Assembly: GCA_025201805.1 (NCBI GenBank)
Contig: MU619259.1
Span: 197,204 to 261,203 of the forward strand
Direction: 5' to 3'
Source: Parasitella parasitica NRRL 2501
Taxonomy: Eukaryota > Fungi > Mucoromycota
DNA length: 64,000 nucleotides
The translations under genes and the position numbers were made by a program. Below are positions 51,625-64,000 of this stretch, piece after piece. The notes beneath the pieces were generated by a model. The model did not search any database, had not been told where the DNA came from, and worked only from the letters and a program-made list of their open reading frames with translations. Within the stretch, counting starts at the first letter, position 1; every line of letters starts with the position of its first letter.

Positions 51625-52222
51625 CTAGTCAACAATTAAGTCCTTAACTTTCCAATCCTCGTACGTTCCATCAGGCATAAACCGACGAACAATCAAAGGG
51701 ATTTTCTTTTCTCTTAATTCTCTATTGGCAATTTTCAAAGCATCAGATTCGCCATCGATATCGATCATCACTGGTGCATTTAAACTAGATATGACTAGAT
51801 GTGAGATATGCACAGATACGACAAGCTAAAAATGCCTTTTATCATACCTGATTTGTAACGCCCTTGTGCCCAAAATTCTAGCTCTTTCATACTTTGTTAA
51901 ATGAGGTATGGTAATTCTTTCTGTGCGTTCTGCAGAATTTGTTGTTTCTGTTGTGGTATTGCCTGCCATCACATCTTCGAGAATAGCAACTGATTCTCCA
52001 GTATTTTCGTCAAACGTTGGTTCTTCCACTGGCTAATGACAAACCCATTAGTACATGTGTTTGACCTCGGGGTTCGAGCAAAATTCGTACCTCTTCTTCG
52101 TAGTGATCTTGATAGCTAAGAAAATACAAAAAAAAAATAAAGTTTATAATTTAATTATTCATAATTTCTTTGGATCTAACTTACTCATTGTAGTCTTGAG
52201 GCTCGTCGTCTTCGTAATCCAT
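51625..52222 (-). CDS. RPB6: RNA polymerase I/II/III shared subunit RPABC2 (RPB6), multi-exon
   Basis: Acidic N-terminus; [23 protein letters not shown]|SLNAPV...[19 protein letters not shown]. Confidence 0.96.
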
Positions 52223-52282
52223 TATACTAATATTTTGTTGTAGAAGAGAAAAAAAAAATGATAGCTCTTGCTACACGGTCGA

Positions 52283-52342
52283 TTACGTAATATGAAATTT
52301 TTTAAGCAAATGACGTAATCATTTTATAGAATTATGACGTAG
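52283..52342. promoter_or_regulatory. Cluster of CRE/ATF-like sites and an RRPE-like motif upstream of RPB6
   Basis: TTACGTAA 52283, TGAAATTTTTT 52293, TGACGTAA 52311, TGACGTAG 52335, all 60-120 nt upstream of the ATG. Confidence 0.45.
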
Positions 52343-53335
52343 CAGTTTATAAGCAGTGCATATCTAATAGATCAAAAATCGCTCTCAAATGTCACTTTTG
52401 TCTCAGAGGAGGCGGTTTGACACGACGGAATGGCTGAGGGGAACTATCAGTGTTTTGGACAAAAGCAACGCGCAGCCTTTTCTATTGCGAACTTGCATAC
52501 ACAACCATGGCAACGAATCAACGTATAAAAATCAATAACTGCATTGAGAAAGAGGTAGTAAACGAATCTGTTGCGAGACAAAAGGAAGATGAATAAAATT
52601 ATAGCGTTATTGATGTTGACGATGAATCAAGTGCTTGAAAAAATCCTACTCAAAATCCAAAATACCCCGCATTCAGGTTGCCTGTCGTTAAGACAGGGAA
52701 ATGAACTCTCTCTCTCTCTCTCTCTTCACAAATGTTGAAATCCTTGAAATTTATAAAAGACAACCTCTACCGATAATACATAGTATATATGGTCTTTTGT
52801 TTACTGGTCATAGCAAGTGTCATGCATGTACATTAAACCCGGTGCTGGGATTGGGGATTTGTCTATGCATATTTGTTCTTAGTATAGACGTTGTAGGCAT
52901 TGCGTGTTGGGAATATCATAAAAGAAAGATATTAAGAACATCCGATCTTTATTTAAAAGATGAAGACGGTTAAGAAATGTATCGATTTCAACGAATGCAT
53001 GTCCACTCATTAAGAGATCAAACTTAAAATGAAACATTTTTAAGAATTATTCGATCCAAAAAATAATTTTCGTATATGATGAATATTAATGCAACATCGT
53101 GTTCCTGTTTAAGGTATTTCAGTTGTAGTCTTTGATGAAGATATATTAATAATATCAGCTGGGAGCATTTTTTGAAGGCAACGGAAGTGGTATTTTAAAG
53201 ATTTTTCAAAGGTCAGAAGCAAATTTTAACATTGCACGCCATGTCTGTTTTACAGAACATGTATGCTATTTATTAACATTTTGTAAACGACCGTCATTTC
53301 TTTGGACGTTATGCTTAAAGACTTAAACACTACAC

Positions 53336-56042
53336 TCATATGTATACAATCTGATGCGATTGTACTGTTGTTGCTGTTTGTTTTATCTCAATCGATTCAC
53401 AGGAGACAGATAACCCTGAGGCCAAGCTATTATGCCATTGATAGTTTAAATGCACTGGTTGAGGTGAGCTATGTCCGTTGACATAGAATTTAGCCAACAA
53501 TCGCTGCTGCGAATCCTCTTTGTTTTGAGCATATTGTTGGAGAAGATCATCCAATTTCCAGGTAAGACGATGCTTTGTCACCTCCCATATACCTTGGGGC
53601 GAGCTTTGTACGTTTGTTACCTGCTGGTCAGGCATACTTACCTGCACACTTCCGTTCAAAGTGCTTGTATCGTTCACAGCATTTTTACTATGTTTGATCA
53701 TCAAGTACGATACACCATCGATGCACTTCCAAGAAGGAGATAATTGCACAGGCAAAGCCAGTGTGCTTGTATTAAGTTCGTATGCAAAACATGGCACTTG
53801 AACGTCGCTTTGGAAGTTACTGGTGTTGAGCAAATAAACGCCATTTTCTTGTGTTATAAACTGTGGATTAGGCGAAAGTTGTTCCATACCGTCTATGTGA
53901 TGCAGCTGTAACGCGACAGATGAAGCTGAAGCAGGACCATGGTACGAAATATTGATTTGGCCTGAGATTAATAGCGAATCTGGACTTGTTAGTGTAATTT
54001 TTTCTAGAATAGAAATATGCAAATGCTGAGATGTCTGTTGATAATTGACTTCAGGTATGGGCTGAAGCCAGCTGGACGGTGTGTCGGTCAATGTGATTCC
54101 AGAATTCGACAAAGCAGGCGATTGAGATGGCTGCTTTAAGGTGTAGTTTGTACTGAAGTCATTATTAGATATGGTGGGTGATGGTGCTGCCATAAACGGG
54201 TTAGAGTTGCCTGTATCATTCGATGCGTTTGATAACATCGAATTTGTTCGCAGGCTATCTAGTCCATAGCTTAGTGTAGAGGAAAATAGAGTTGATTCAG
54301 TTTGGGATCGATTTACAAGACTAAATTAAAAAGGAAATTGTCAGATGTGAATATTAAATATTGGTTCATCGCATACTCTCTTCGTCCTCTGGCTTTTCTA
54401 GTGATAGTGGGCGTTCGCTAACACATATTAATGTTAGCAACTATCATACAATTTCAACTTTACATAGCTTACCTCTCGCAGCATGTTAGCCATTTTGTTA
54501 AAAGATTCGTTCGCGTTTACCGATTCCTCATGTAACGCATCGTTCTTTATGTTGATTTGCAATTTCTGATTCAATTTTAAGCTTTGGAAATCAGAGTCAA
54601 GATCATCCGAGGCGTTTCTGGAAGAAATATCTGAAGCAATGGTAGGAAAGCTATTGCTGCTCTGTGGTATCGAAAATCCTTCAGCATCCACTAAAGGTGT
54701 CTAAAGTAGACTAACTGGTTAGCTATGCGATATACACTTTCCAAGCACAATGTGCACTTACACTGTTTGTAGTAGGAGTCGAGATTGATTCTTCGATGCC
54801 AGAGGGTACTTCTCCATGGTTCGGTACAGGCTGTGTTGCAGTTTCAGATATAAATGAACGCATATGGTCTTCTTTTGCAACGTCAGAATAGCCATCGTGC
54901 TGTGATGAGTACCTGTTACTTGTTTACTAACCATCTCTAAAGAGGTAATGATAACGGATGGAAAAAAGAACCTACTCGTTACTCTCTGTCTTTTTCTTCT
55001 TCATGAACACAGATTTGACTAATATTGATCAGCATGAATTAGCCTCCAAAAAATGCGATTTTGTAAAACTTACATTTGTTTGTGGAACGGTGAGAGTCAT
55101 GTGAGATTATGGTGGAAGATCTCTCTCTGTCATGAGCGGCAGTGTCACTATTGCCATCGTGCCCTAATGTGGTTAACCCTTTCCCTCTTTCCTTACAAAA
55201 ATCATTGATATCATGTTGAACATTAAACACTTCAGCTGCAGATAGTGTAATACTGGCCATCTCCACCCTTTTCATTAACTGCTCGGACTGAATTTTCTCG
55301 AAATCCTCGACTAATGCCTTTAACCTTGTCAATCTAGCTTCGTCGATTTTTTGATGTAAATTCAAGTACTCAACGCCTTCATTTCGCCATGAAACTTTCT
55401 TTGCGCTAGAAGAAGAGCTTTTTGACTTTTTGAAAATGGTCCCTTTGACAGATGATAGCTTGTTGCTTTTACTCTCAAAAGATTGAATTAAAGGTTCCAG
55501 CTGTGTGGCGAATATTATCCGAAAATAAAATGTCAGTTTTCTCCCGAGAAAATGCTTTGAGTCAAGTTACCTGCTGCAGCCGATGATAATCTTCAGAGGG
55601 AGATGCTCTCAAAGGCTTTTCGATATTTTGAGATACTCTATGAGCCATCTGTTCGTGGTAAGTAGCGACCTGGTTGAATTCTTTTAACAACAGCTCCCAA
55701 ATGGGCGCAAAATGTCTATAATTGTTAGTTAAGACCGGTAGCATAAATGGTGTGTTCCAAATACTAACCCTAAAACACCTGGGTCCATAGTGTACAATCT
55801 TTTGGATGCTTTTGCTAAACTTTTGGAATACACGTCTTCAATTTGTGATCTTTCTTTGAAATATTCAGCTATTTCCATGTCGAGTGCCATTGCGTCCTTC
55901 AATCTGGTTTGAGCGATCGAAATTCCTTCTCTTGGATTTTTCGTCTGAGCGATGGAACAGCCTTAATTTTCAAATAATAAAGCATTCATCCTGTCGTCAT
56001 ATTTACCAAAAAGGCGTCAACATAAGCATTTGAAGTAGGCAT
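53336..56042 (-). CDS. SYP1: Muniscin SYP1/FCHo (N-terminal F-BAR, C-terminal mu-homology domain), multi-exon
   Basis: YVDAFL, EIAEYFKERSQIEDVYSKSL, IDEARLTRLK, VDAEGFSIP linker motif, C-terminal PVQLSPSWKC...QSSPQGIW...RLLAKF. Confidence 0.88.
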
Positions 56043-56204
56043 TTATTATTAGAAAAAGAATGATATCGGTCTGATTGCTGTTTCGTTAAATAGTAGTACT
56101 AATAATAAAAAGAATGGTTGAAAAGAGAGAAAGAAAGAAGAAGAAAATGAAAGCAAAAAAAAAAAAAAAGAAAAGAAGAAAACAGAATCCCAGAAAATGC
56201 AGCA

Positions 56205-56814
56205 TTACTCTTCATCCTCAGGATCAGCGCCGAACTGCTTGTAGTCAATCTTCTTTCCGCGAGTTCTTCTGCCGCCTGAAATGATTAAGCTTGTATCCAA
56301 CACTTCTAATTCGCTCTCTAGATCGAATAAATTTTTGTTAATAATCATCAGCATGACACAATCTACATAACCATCGTACCGGAAATGTCGCTCTTGTCAT
56401 TATCAGACGCATCATCATCACTTTGTTTTTTGCTGGATTTGTCTTTGGGCTTTCTGCTAGAGCTACTACTGCTGTCACCTTTGCTAGAGTTTTTTTTGGG
56501 CTTGACAACCTCTTCATCAGAGGAGTTGCTCTCTTCCTCACGCTCCTCTTCGGATTCTTCTTCTTCTTCCTCGTCCTCCTCATCAGATTCATCATCACTG
56601 CTGCTGTTCTTTTGTTGCTTATTTTTGCTGACAATATTGCTGTCAACAAGCCAATTCAGTATAAATACAAAGCCATAGCAACAAGTCGATTTCAATCTTA
56701 CCGCTTCTTTGAAGCCTTTTTTTGAGGTTTCTCATCATCGCTGTTTTGTACTTCAGCGTGTTTACGCTTGTTTGCTAAGGCTAAAAGCTTGGAACGACGA
56801 TCAGAGTCAGACAT
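56205..56814 (-). CDS. Acidic protein with C-terminal CHZ (H2A.Z chaperone-like) motif, 3 exons
   Basis: Poly-D/E tract followed by ELEVLDTSLIISGGRRTRGKKIDYKQF. Confidence 0.8.
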
Positions 56815-59800
56815 GAATAATTGATTTGAACAGGTGTGAAAGGGATCAATAGAGAACAAGAGGCTCAACAAGTACCAGATGGCTCGCGTTCGCAGTCAAT
56901 TCAAGAGGGAAAATTTTTTGCAACTCCTTGATGTGAGTGTAACTGTTCATTGTTTCCCTGTTTTGGTTCAATATTTTCAAAAAATTTACCAGCGTTGTAG
57001 TAAATGATATCTAGATGATGATGTTGTTGTATTCGCACTTGCACTCAAATAGTAAAACTGAAATAGAGTCTTAATTTAAGTCGTGATACGTAAACAAGTT
57101 ATCCGACATTCGCCAGTAGTCAATGCCAAATTCCAATATACATTAGCTCGGATGATCCTGTTGTATCCAGACTAGAGTTATACATAATCTAATAGTATGA
57201 TTGTGATAACAGAAGTGATATTCGACCCTAAACTATACCTATTATTATCACCACTGTAAATGAGCATTGAATCATTCATAAAGTGTAAATAGCAAGGCAT
57301 ACCTTCCTGTCCTGGTTATTTTAAAAGGTTATCCTTAAATAAACCTATCAAGCCTCAACTCCTCATAAAATATAACATACGTATATTATTGAAAAATCAA
57401 ACACGTAATATATATTTGAGGGAGGATGTAATAAAATAAGTGGATAGAGTGATAATAGGTATGTATACTACTAATGATAGTGTTCAGACCAGAAAGTTGA
57501 ATAAAACGGAAGGCGTTTCATGGTTCTTTTTCAAAATACTTGCGAGAGTCAGTTTGTAGGCTAGACTCCTCAATTAAAATGGGCACTCACCACTGGCAAA
57601 AGCATGTGTATACAATGACAGTATAGTAGTAGGCAGAAAATTCTATCCGAGCAATACGTTGCCATTCAATTTCAAATTATGCCTCAAATCTTTATTGCTA
57701 AATATCTCAAGCACTTTTTAGGGCAGCGCTGTTGTAGATCAGCATAAAATGAGCTATCATATAAAAGGATCTCTGTAAATAAAATTATTCAAATCATCCA
57801 AAAATATTCTACAAAGATCACAATCATCAAGGCCAGGCTAGTACGGATTCAAGAATAAATAGTAGCAACTCCAACACTCGTCAAATCAGCCATTAGTTCT
57901 CTCTTTCTCAATCCTTGCTGCCAAGACGTCCTTGATGAATAATTCACTATAATTAGGGTTCATATCCATAATAATCATTTATCCTTGGAAAACTAGTATA
58001 AAAAGATGACATTTTGACTATCTTCATCTCAAAAATAAACATGTTGAGATCTACAAGATCGAAAAAGTAAAAAATAAAACGTTGAATTAACGAGATGCGA
58101 AAACTTAAGATTACTTTGTTAAAGATTCAACTTTGCATCTGCTACTGTATTTATATATACTTTTTACAACTACTTATTTAAAAAACTAGTCGATACCAAT
58201 CGATAAGAGTCATTTGCAAGCAACATCTCATATCTTAAATTATGGCAGATCACCTGGAGTTAACCAAACAATCAGAGAGATTGTCTTTATTCCGAGAAGA
58301 ATATATAATCAGAAAGATAGATGAGATAACTGACAAGGAATCCTCTGAACTATTATAAATTATTAATTAGCTAATTTTTTTTTTGGCAAGAACTAGGATA
58401 TGAGTCTATCAGATATGAATAGAGTTAATATGCACATGTATTATGATAGAAGATGGCGCATATGCAGAATGAACTACTATGCACCCGTAATACAAATTGT
58501 TGCGCATATGCCATCCAAGACTTCGATCGCATATGTAGCTAAAATTATTATACACATATCCAGCCCCTAATTCATTAGAACAGCACAGTTTATTAACATG
58601 TGAAAAGGCTAGACGATAAGTAGTAGTTTGTGCTTAGTAGCGTATTTATTATGTTCAAAAAAAGTAGGATGATATGCGTGGACGAAGAACGATCAATTAT
58701 TGTGAGTGCTTTTTCATTTTATATTATAGTTTAGTCTGTCAATGTATCGATACTAGTGTAAGTGGCATTGTGTCTAATAGTCGGTTTCATGGGTAATATC
58801 TCAGTTATCCAAATGTAACTACCAAAGCTATATTGTTATATGTATTCTCCACCTAGGTTATTATACTCTTCATGCTAATAAAAGTCATTCTTTCTTCTTC
58901 CTTTCCCTCTATCTATAAATCCAGTTCCTCACTTTATCTTGGTATTCCTTGGCTAGCACTTTTTGATTCTACTTAGTTTAGGTTTATTAACAATGCATAT
59001 CTGCTGTGACAGGTCTTGATATGGGCACAGCAAACGATTGTTTATGATAATAGCAATGTGAAAGTAATAAAGATTATAAAGTCACCAGATATTACAAACT
59101 GAATGTTTTTATTGATTGTATTTTTTACATAGAATAAATATACATGAATCAATCGAAGAATACAATCAGACCACGTTTGACATCATTCAATTGTCAAACA
59201 AAATTATAACACAGTAGTAGTCAGAGCAAGATCTATCTATATTTAATCAGCTAAACTATTATGAACATAAACCATACATCGAAAAGTTTAGCTTCGTAAT
59301 TTAGAACAAGTAGAACCCAATCAGATAGTTACTTATACAAGAGATTTCACCATCAACTTAGAATTACCGGTGTACCAGATCCGATCAGGAACGGTTGCCA
59401 TGATGTGACTATTGGATTCTATTGCACCCATAGATACCAACAATATTCCATAACCATGTACGCGATGATATCCACAGGCCAACTCTTGATGGTGATCCGA
59501 CCAGTTTTATTAAATGTGTGTTTATATACATTCAACTCCACTCATAATTCGATCTCTGGTCAGACAAATCACAAGTAGCCAAATGGTTGTTAGTGTTTAT
59601 GATGCTCTTATATTCACATTCAATTAAAGAGGGCAAGAGAGTTTGCGTTTGATATGATTACACTGAACGGATAGATTCTGACAAATCAAATGGTTGACAT
59701 CATTATTGAAATTAGTTTTTATCTGAAGAAAGAGTTTTAGCAATGCAACTGTTTCTTAAATGCTGCCAAAATTCAATATTTATGTTGTAGACAAACACTG

Positions 59801-59895
59801 TTGAGTCAACATCTCTTCTCTCTGGTTTATTATTTTATATAAAGAAAAAAAAAAAAACTATATTACAAACTCTAAACAAAATTTCCAATTATCTT

Positions 59896-60291
59896 TTACT
59901 TTCTCTTTCCCTTGGTAGCAACCTTCTTTGGTGGGCCACCGCTTGCAGCAGCCTTCTTCATGGCATTTGAGACAGCTTCATCACTTTCAATCCAAGAAAT
60001 GTCACCCAAATCCAAATCACCAAAACGCTTTTGAAACTTTGTCAATTGCTCACTTTCATCAGTAACGCCCTCCTTTAACATGGAAGGATTCCAAAGAGGA
60101 TGGTTGCGAGTATCTTTGGTTAAACGAATCTGGGCACGAGTAGGTGAAGTAGTTCTAACAGTGTAGGTTGCGCCATTGCTTAGAACAATAGTTTGGAGAA
60201 ACTTCTCTGGCTTTGAGTATGTTGATGCCTTTCTGATTTGCACAAGCTGGTTTGTAACTCGAATCGCTACGGTAGAGTTCAATCGAAACAT
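59896..60291 (-). CDS. MRPL36: Mitochondrial ribosomal protein bL31m
   Basis: Presequence-like N-terminus; QTIVLSNGATYTVRTTSP...LTKDTRNHPLWNP...KFQKRFG. Confidence 0.88.
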   Translation of the reverse strand: MFRLNSTVAIRVTNQLVQIRKASTYSKPEKFLQTIVLSNGATYTVRTTSPTRAQIRLTKDTRNHPLWNPSMLKEGVTDESEQLTKFQKRFGDLDLGDISWIESDEAVSNAMKKAAASGGPPKKVATKGKRK

Positions 60292-60482
60292 GATGAAATG
60301 CTGTGTAAAACAATAAAAGCCCTTGTTTAAAATAGGATACCGTACAAGAGGGGCCGGGTATTGATGGATTTGCTTGATGAAAACTAGTCACCTTTATACT
60401 GCGAAACGACTCAATTCCTAGGGACGAACATCCTTAGACATCCTTCGGCATCCTTGTCATATTCATTCTTACTTTGTAGATC

Positions 60483-62700
60483 ATGCTTAGAATCAGCCAA
60501 AATGTAAAACACAGGCAATATTTGCATGGGCCTACATTTTGCAGATATTTATCAGAACAAGCATCAATTGAAAAGGAAGCATTAGCAGAAAGTAAATCGG
60601 ATGTGTGTGTGATTAGCCAGTCGACATTAAAGGATAAGAAATCCAGAAGAATTAAAAAAGCTCAAGGATTAAGAGATTTTGCGATAAAAAAAGGCATCCG
60701 GCTTTCGCAGCGATTGAGAGCTTCTATGATAAAAAATGAACTTGCCAAAGGCAATTGGATTGAAGTACCCGAGAATGTAGCATATACACGTAGCGCATTA
60801 TTTAATTTTCTATAAATGATCTTATCTGACATGTTCACAATAGGTGTACCACCACCGAATCATGTTGAAGTCCCAACGCTTGCGCATGGTTTAGAAAAGG
60901 TTTTATTCAAGTAATGTTTTTTTACATGATAATTATACTTCAATTACTGACTTAGATAATTAGACCTGGAGTACATTTTCTTCGAGATCCTGCAACAAAG
61001 CTCTACAATTTCACATCATATTTGGAGAATATTACACAGCCAGTAGACTTTGATTATGACTCACTGCAGCCTTATATCACTTCTTCACAAGATACCGTAA
61101 GTTGTCACTTACTAACTGCTTATATACAAACAAATTAATCATCTCAAACTGCCAAACAGACTTTGGTTGATTTAGCTAGAAAAATGCAGAAGCGGTACAT
61201 TGGATCAACATCATCAGTGTCTGCGACGCTATCCCATTTTTACTTTGTCATGTCAAACTTCAAACCAGTAGAGACTTCTTTCTTATCCCAGGCATTCCAA
61301 AATGAGGCAAGTAATAAAAAACACCTGGCTTTTTTTTTTAATTTAGATGTTAAAAACGTCGAGTTAGTCGAAAGAATTCACTAGAGGATCAAGAACACCA
61401 GCCTCTATCTATCTCAGATGGAAGGATGGAGTGTATGCAGTTGATGCGGACAAGTCTTATGATGTAGATGAAACAATATTATCCGTACTTGTAAGTTTTT
61501 TTTAGCGAATGTTGATTGTGGAAAGCTCTAGACATTGACTCTGTGATTTTGACCAGGGGAAATCCATGGAAAAAGTACTGACTTCTGAGCCTGATGAATT
61601 TGAGAAATGTCTTAAAGAGAACTCATCACAGCTAACAGAGGAAGAAAAAAATCAAGCAGAATCATATGCATATGGAGAGGTAGAGTCATCTTGTTTACAA
61701 GATATACAATATGTACATATTCGGATTAACGCTTTTTCATTGTTTAAAGTGTGGAAAATTCTTATTGAGATCGCAGCTTGACTGCTACGATCCCAAGCTA
61801 CCAAGAGGCACATTTGATCTCAAGACAAGAGCAGTTATGCCAGTTCGATTAGATATTCAAAATTATGCAGCAAGTAGTGCGTTTTGTTTGCATGCAATTA
61901 TTTTATTTATACATATTGAACAGGAATATTTGGGTTACAAACTGAAGCGTTACAAAGGATTGTATGAATCATTCGAGCGTGAATACTACGATATGATACG
62001 ATCTGCATTTTTAAAATACTGGTAAGAAAGGCGATATACACATATCTATTTGTTCTTACCTAATGTCTCTATGTATAGCTTCCAAGTACGCATAGGACAC
62101 ATGGATGGTATTATGGTTGCGTATCATAATACTAGCAAAATATTTGGTTTCCAGTACATCTCTAGAGAAGAAATGGACTCTCGTTTATTCGGATCTTCTA
62201 AAATTGGCAATCAAGTGTTTCGAAATGCATTAGTGATGTTTGAATCTATTTTAGACAGGGCGACAGAAAAGTATCCTCAGCAAACTTTGAGGCTGTCATT
62301 TGATACACGAAAATCAAACAAGTTCAACAATGCCACCACTTACATTTTTGTGGAAGCAGTGCCTAATGCTGCAGCAAATAAAGAAGCAACAAACACAAAG
62401 CCTGAAAATCAATATAATCCTTATGACAACCTAACCATGTATTCGCTCCAAACACACTCATTAGTAAACAATGAAGCCATACACGGCCCATTGCAGTTCA
62501 AAAACCCTCATACTGATACCTGGTCTGTACATACAAAAATACAGGAAGTGTTTCAAGATGACCTCGATAAGAAAACAAAGCAGTTCATCCAAATGCGCAA
62601 ATTTCAAGCATCTGTCTATCTACCTTCAACTAGAAGAAACCCACTTCAAGACCTGTTTAAACGAATCAGCCAGAGAGAATTGGGAAATGAAATACAATAA
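60483..62700 (+). CDS. PET127: Mitochondrial 5'-3' exoribonuclease PET127 (multi-exon)
   Basis: VPTLAHGLEKVLF, YIGSTSSVS, VYAVDADK, GKSMEKVLT, LRSQLDCYDPKLPRGTFDLKTRAV, SFEREYYDMIRSAFLKY, QVRIGHMDGIMVAYHN. Confidence 0.95.
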
Positions 62701-62792
62701 ACACGCTTTATTTTTATTTTATTTTATTTTATTTTTTTAAAAAAAAAGGTTCTTTGCAGGGTATTGAAAAAAAAAAATGCTTGGAATAGAAT

Positions 62793-63656
62793 TTAATATT
62801 GACGACATTCCAAATCGTGCACAGGCTTGTGTGCTTTAAGACAGCGGATACCACAGTAGTATTGTGATTTACATTTCGAACAGACTGGCATTCCTCTTTT
62901 CTCGACACCACAGTTGGAGCACGACATGGAGCACGATGATGATGCACCGCTAGAAACAGAAGATGTCCTGGATGGCAGTTTCGGTCTGGTGGTGTTGTGT
63001 TGATCGGTAATTAACTGTTCAAGAGCCATTTTGGCGGACTGCTGCAGATTCTGCTGCTGGGCGTCCAACAGAGTTGGATGCACAGATAGACACTTGCGAT
63101 AGTAGGAGATAGCTTTGTCCAAATCCATGTCCTCACAGATGTGAGCACGACAGTAGTAGACAGATATACGAATAGCACGGCCGTAATCCTCACGCATTAC
63201 CAGCTGCTGCTTGCTGTGTGTACTTACATTCAAAGGCAGAGACAAAGGGATATATCTGTCTGTCTGCAGGCTGTCATCCTTGATCAATTTACCCAATTCA
63301 CGTAATTCAGTCATCAAGACTGGTAACCATGGCAAATGCGTTGCTCTTGAATTGTCAACATGGCATTGTATCAATGCAACAGCTTGCTGAACGATAGCCA
63401 ATAACGCTGCATTGGTCTGAATTGACTGTTTCCTCTTGCTTAAGCGAAGCGCAATGAGATGATAGTTTGCGGTGTTGTCACAGTTATAGCATGTGCCTTG
63501 GGAGTCATGGCTGTATTCTGTGGTTGCTGCCATCTGGTATGCTGCCTCAATTGACTCGTCCGGCTTCAATTGATGCTCAAGATGATCATTTTGGCTAATG
63601 AATGGAGATTTTTCATTATCAAAAATTTTGTTGTTGGGAAGAAGCAGAGTAGGCAT
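62793..63656 (-). CDS. C-terminal MYND zinc-finger protein with a TPR-like helical segment, intronless
   Basis: CSNCGVEKRGMPVCSKCKSQYYCGIRCLKAHKPVHDLEC; YYCRAHICEDMDLDKAISYYRKCL; first ATG at 63656. Confidence 0.88.
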   Translation of the reverse strand: MPTLLLPNNKIFDNEKSPFISQNDHLEHQLKPDESIEAAYQMAATTEYSHDSQGTCYNCDNTANYHLIALRLSKRKQSIQTNAALLAIVQQAVALIQCHVDNSRATHLPWLPVLMTELRELGKLIKDDSLQTDRYIPLSLPLNVSTHSKQQLVMREDYGRAIRISVYYCRAHICEDMDLDKAISYYRKCLSVHPTLLDAQQQNLQQSAKMALEQLITDQHNTTRPKLPSRTSSVSSGASSSCSMSCSNCGVEKRGMPVCSKCKSQYYCGIRCLKAHKPVHDLECRQY

Positions 63657-64000
63657 TTTCTTTTTTGGAGAGAAAACTGAAACAGGAAGGAAAGAGGGGA
63701 GATTAAGACTAAAATACCAAGATAATCGATATTTAAACGAGTACAAAACCTTGATTGCAGCATGTTGGTTCGCTTTACACAAAATATCAACACTGCGGAA
63801 TATTTTGGCTTTGGAACTCAAAAGACCAAACAAAATCAAACACTTGAATCAAGTGACCCCATGTGCCTTTGTTGTTTTGTTGATGGAAGACATATTCAGG
63901 CAAATAAAACTAGTGATACTTGTAATGTATAACACAAACCAACGATGTCAGCGTGAATCAATTGCCACTGTGATATTCAACTTAATGGCTTTGTTTGTTT

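Noticed and set aside
52060-52085. GGTTCGA T-loop-like word suggesting a tRNA
   Set aside because: Lies in an RPB6 intron, with no cloverleaf or A-box
56900-59850. 3-kb gene-free AT-rich interval, possible transposon relic
   Set aside because: No ORF of 60 aa or more, no terminal repeats and no recognisable transposase motifs

Overview
Gene-dense, AT-rich eukaryotic DNA with short (about 50-70 nt) GT-AG introns. Gene content and protein style point to a Mucorales (Mucoromycota) fungus. I can support 29 protein-coding genes. Conserved ones: MFS sugar transporter, ALG8, PKA catalytic subunit, GT32-type glycosyltransferase, U1A/U2B''-type snRNP protein, Pil1-like eisosome protein, GPN2, RPC37, TAM41, Vip1-like RRM protein, TSC13, LCB1, RPB6, SYP1, a CHZ-domain protein, mitochondrial bL31m, PET127 and a MYND protein. 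There are also several lineage-specific genes. Accessory features include a decayed non-LTR retroelement ORF1 next to a ~336-bp tandem repeat, a ~0.8-kb direct repeat upstream of TSC13, and three assembly gaps next to homopolymers. The most interesting items are: a tandem paralog pair whose promoters conserve paired HMG-box-like sites; two bacterial-type membrane domains (DUF1206-like, DUF6787-like); a small zinc-finger ORF; a small secreted 4-Cys protein; two GC-AG introns in PET127; and a microsatellite between a branch point and its 3' splice site. No tRNA, rRNA or CRISPR array was seen. All family calls come from motifs recognised by eye, not from database searches.
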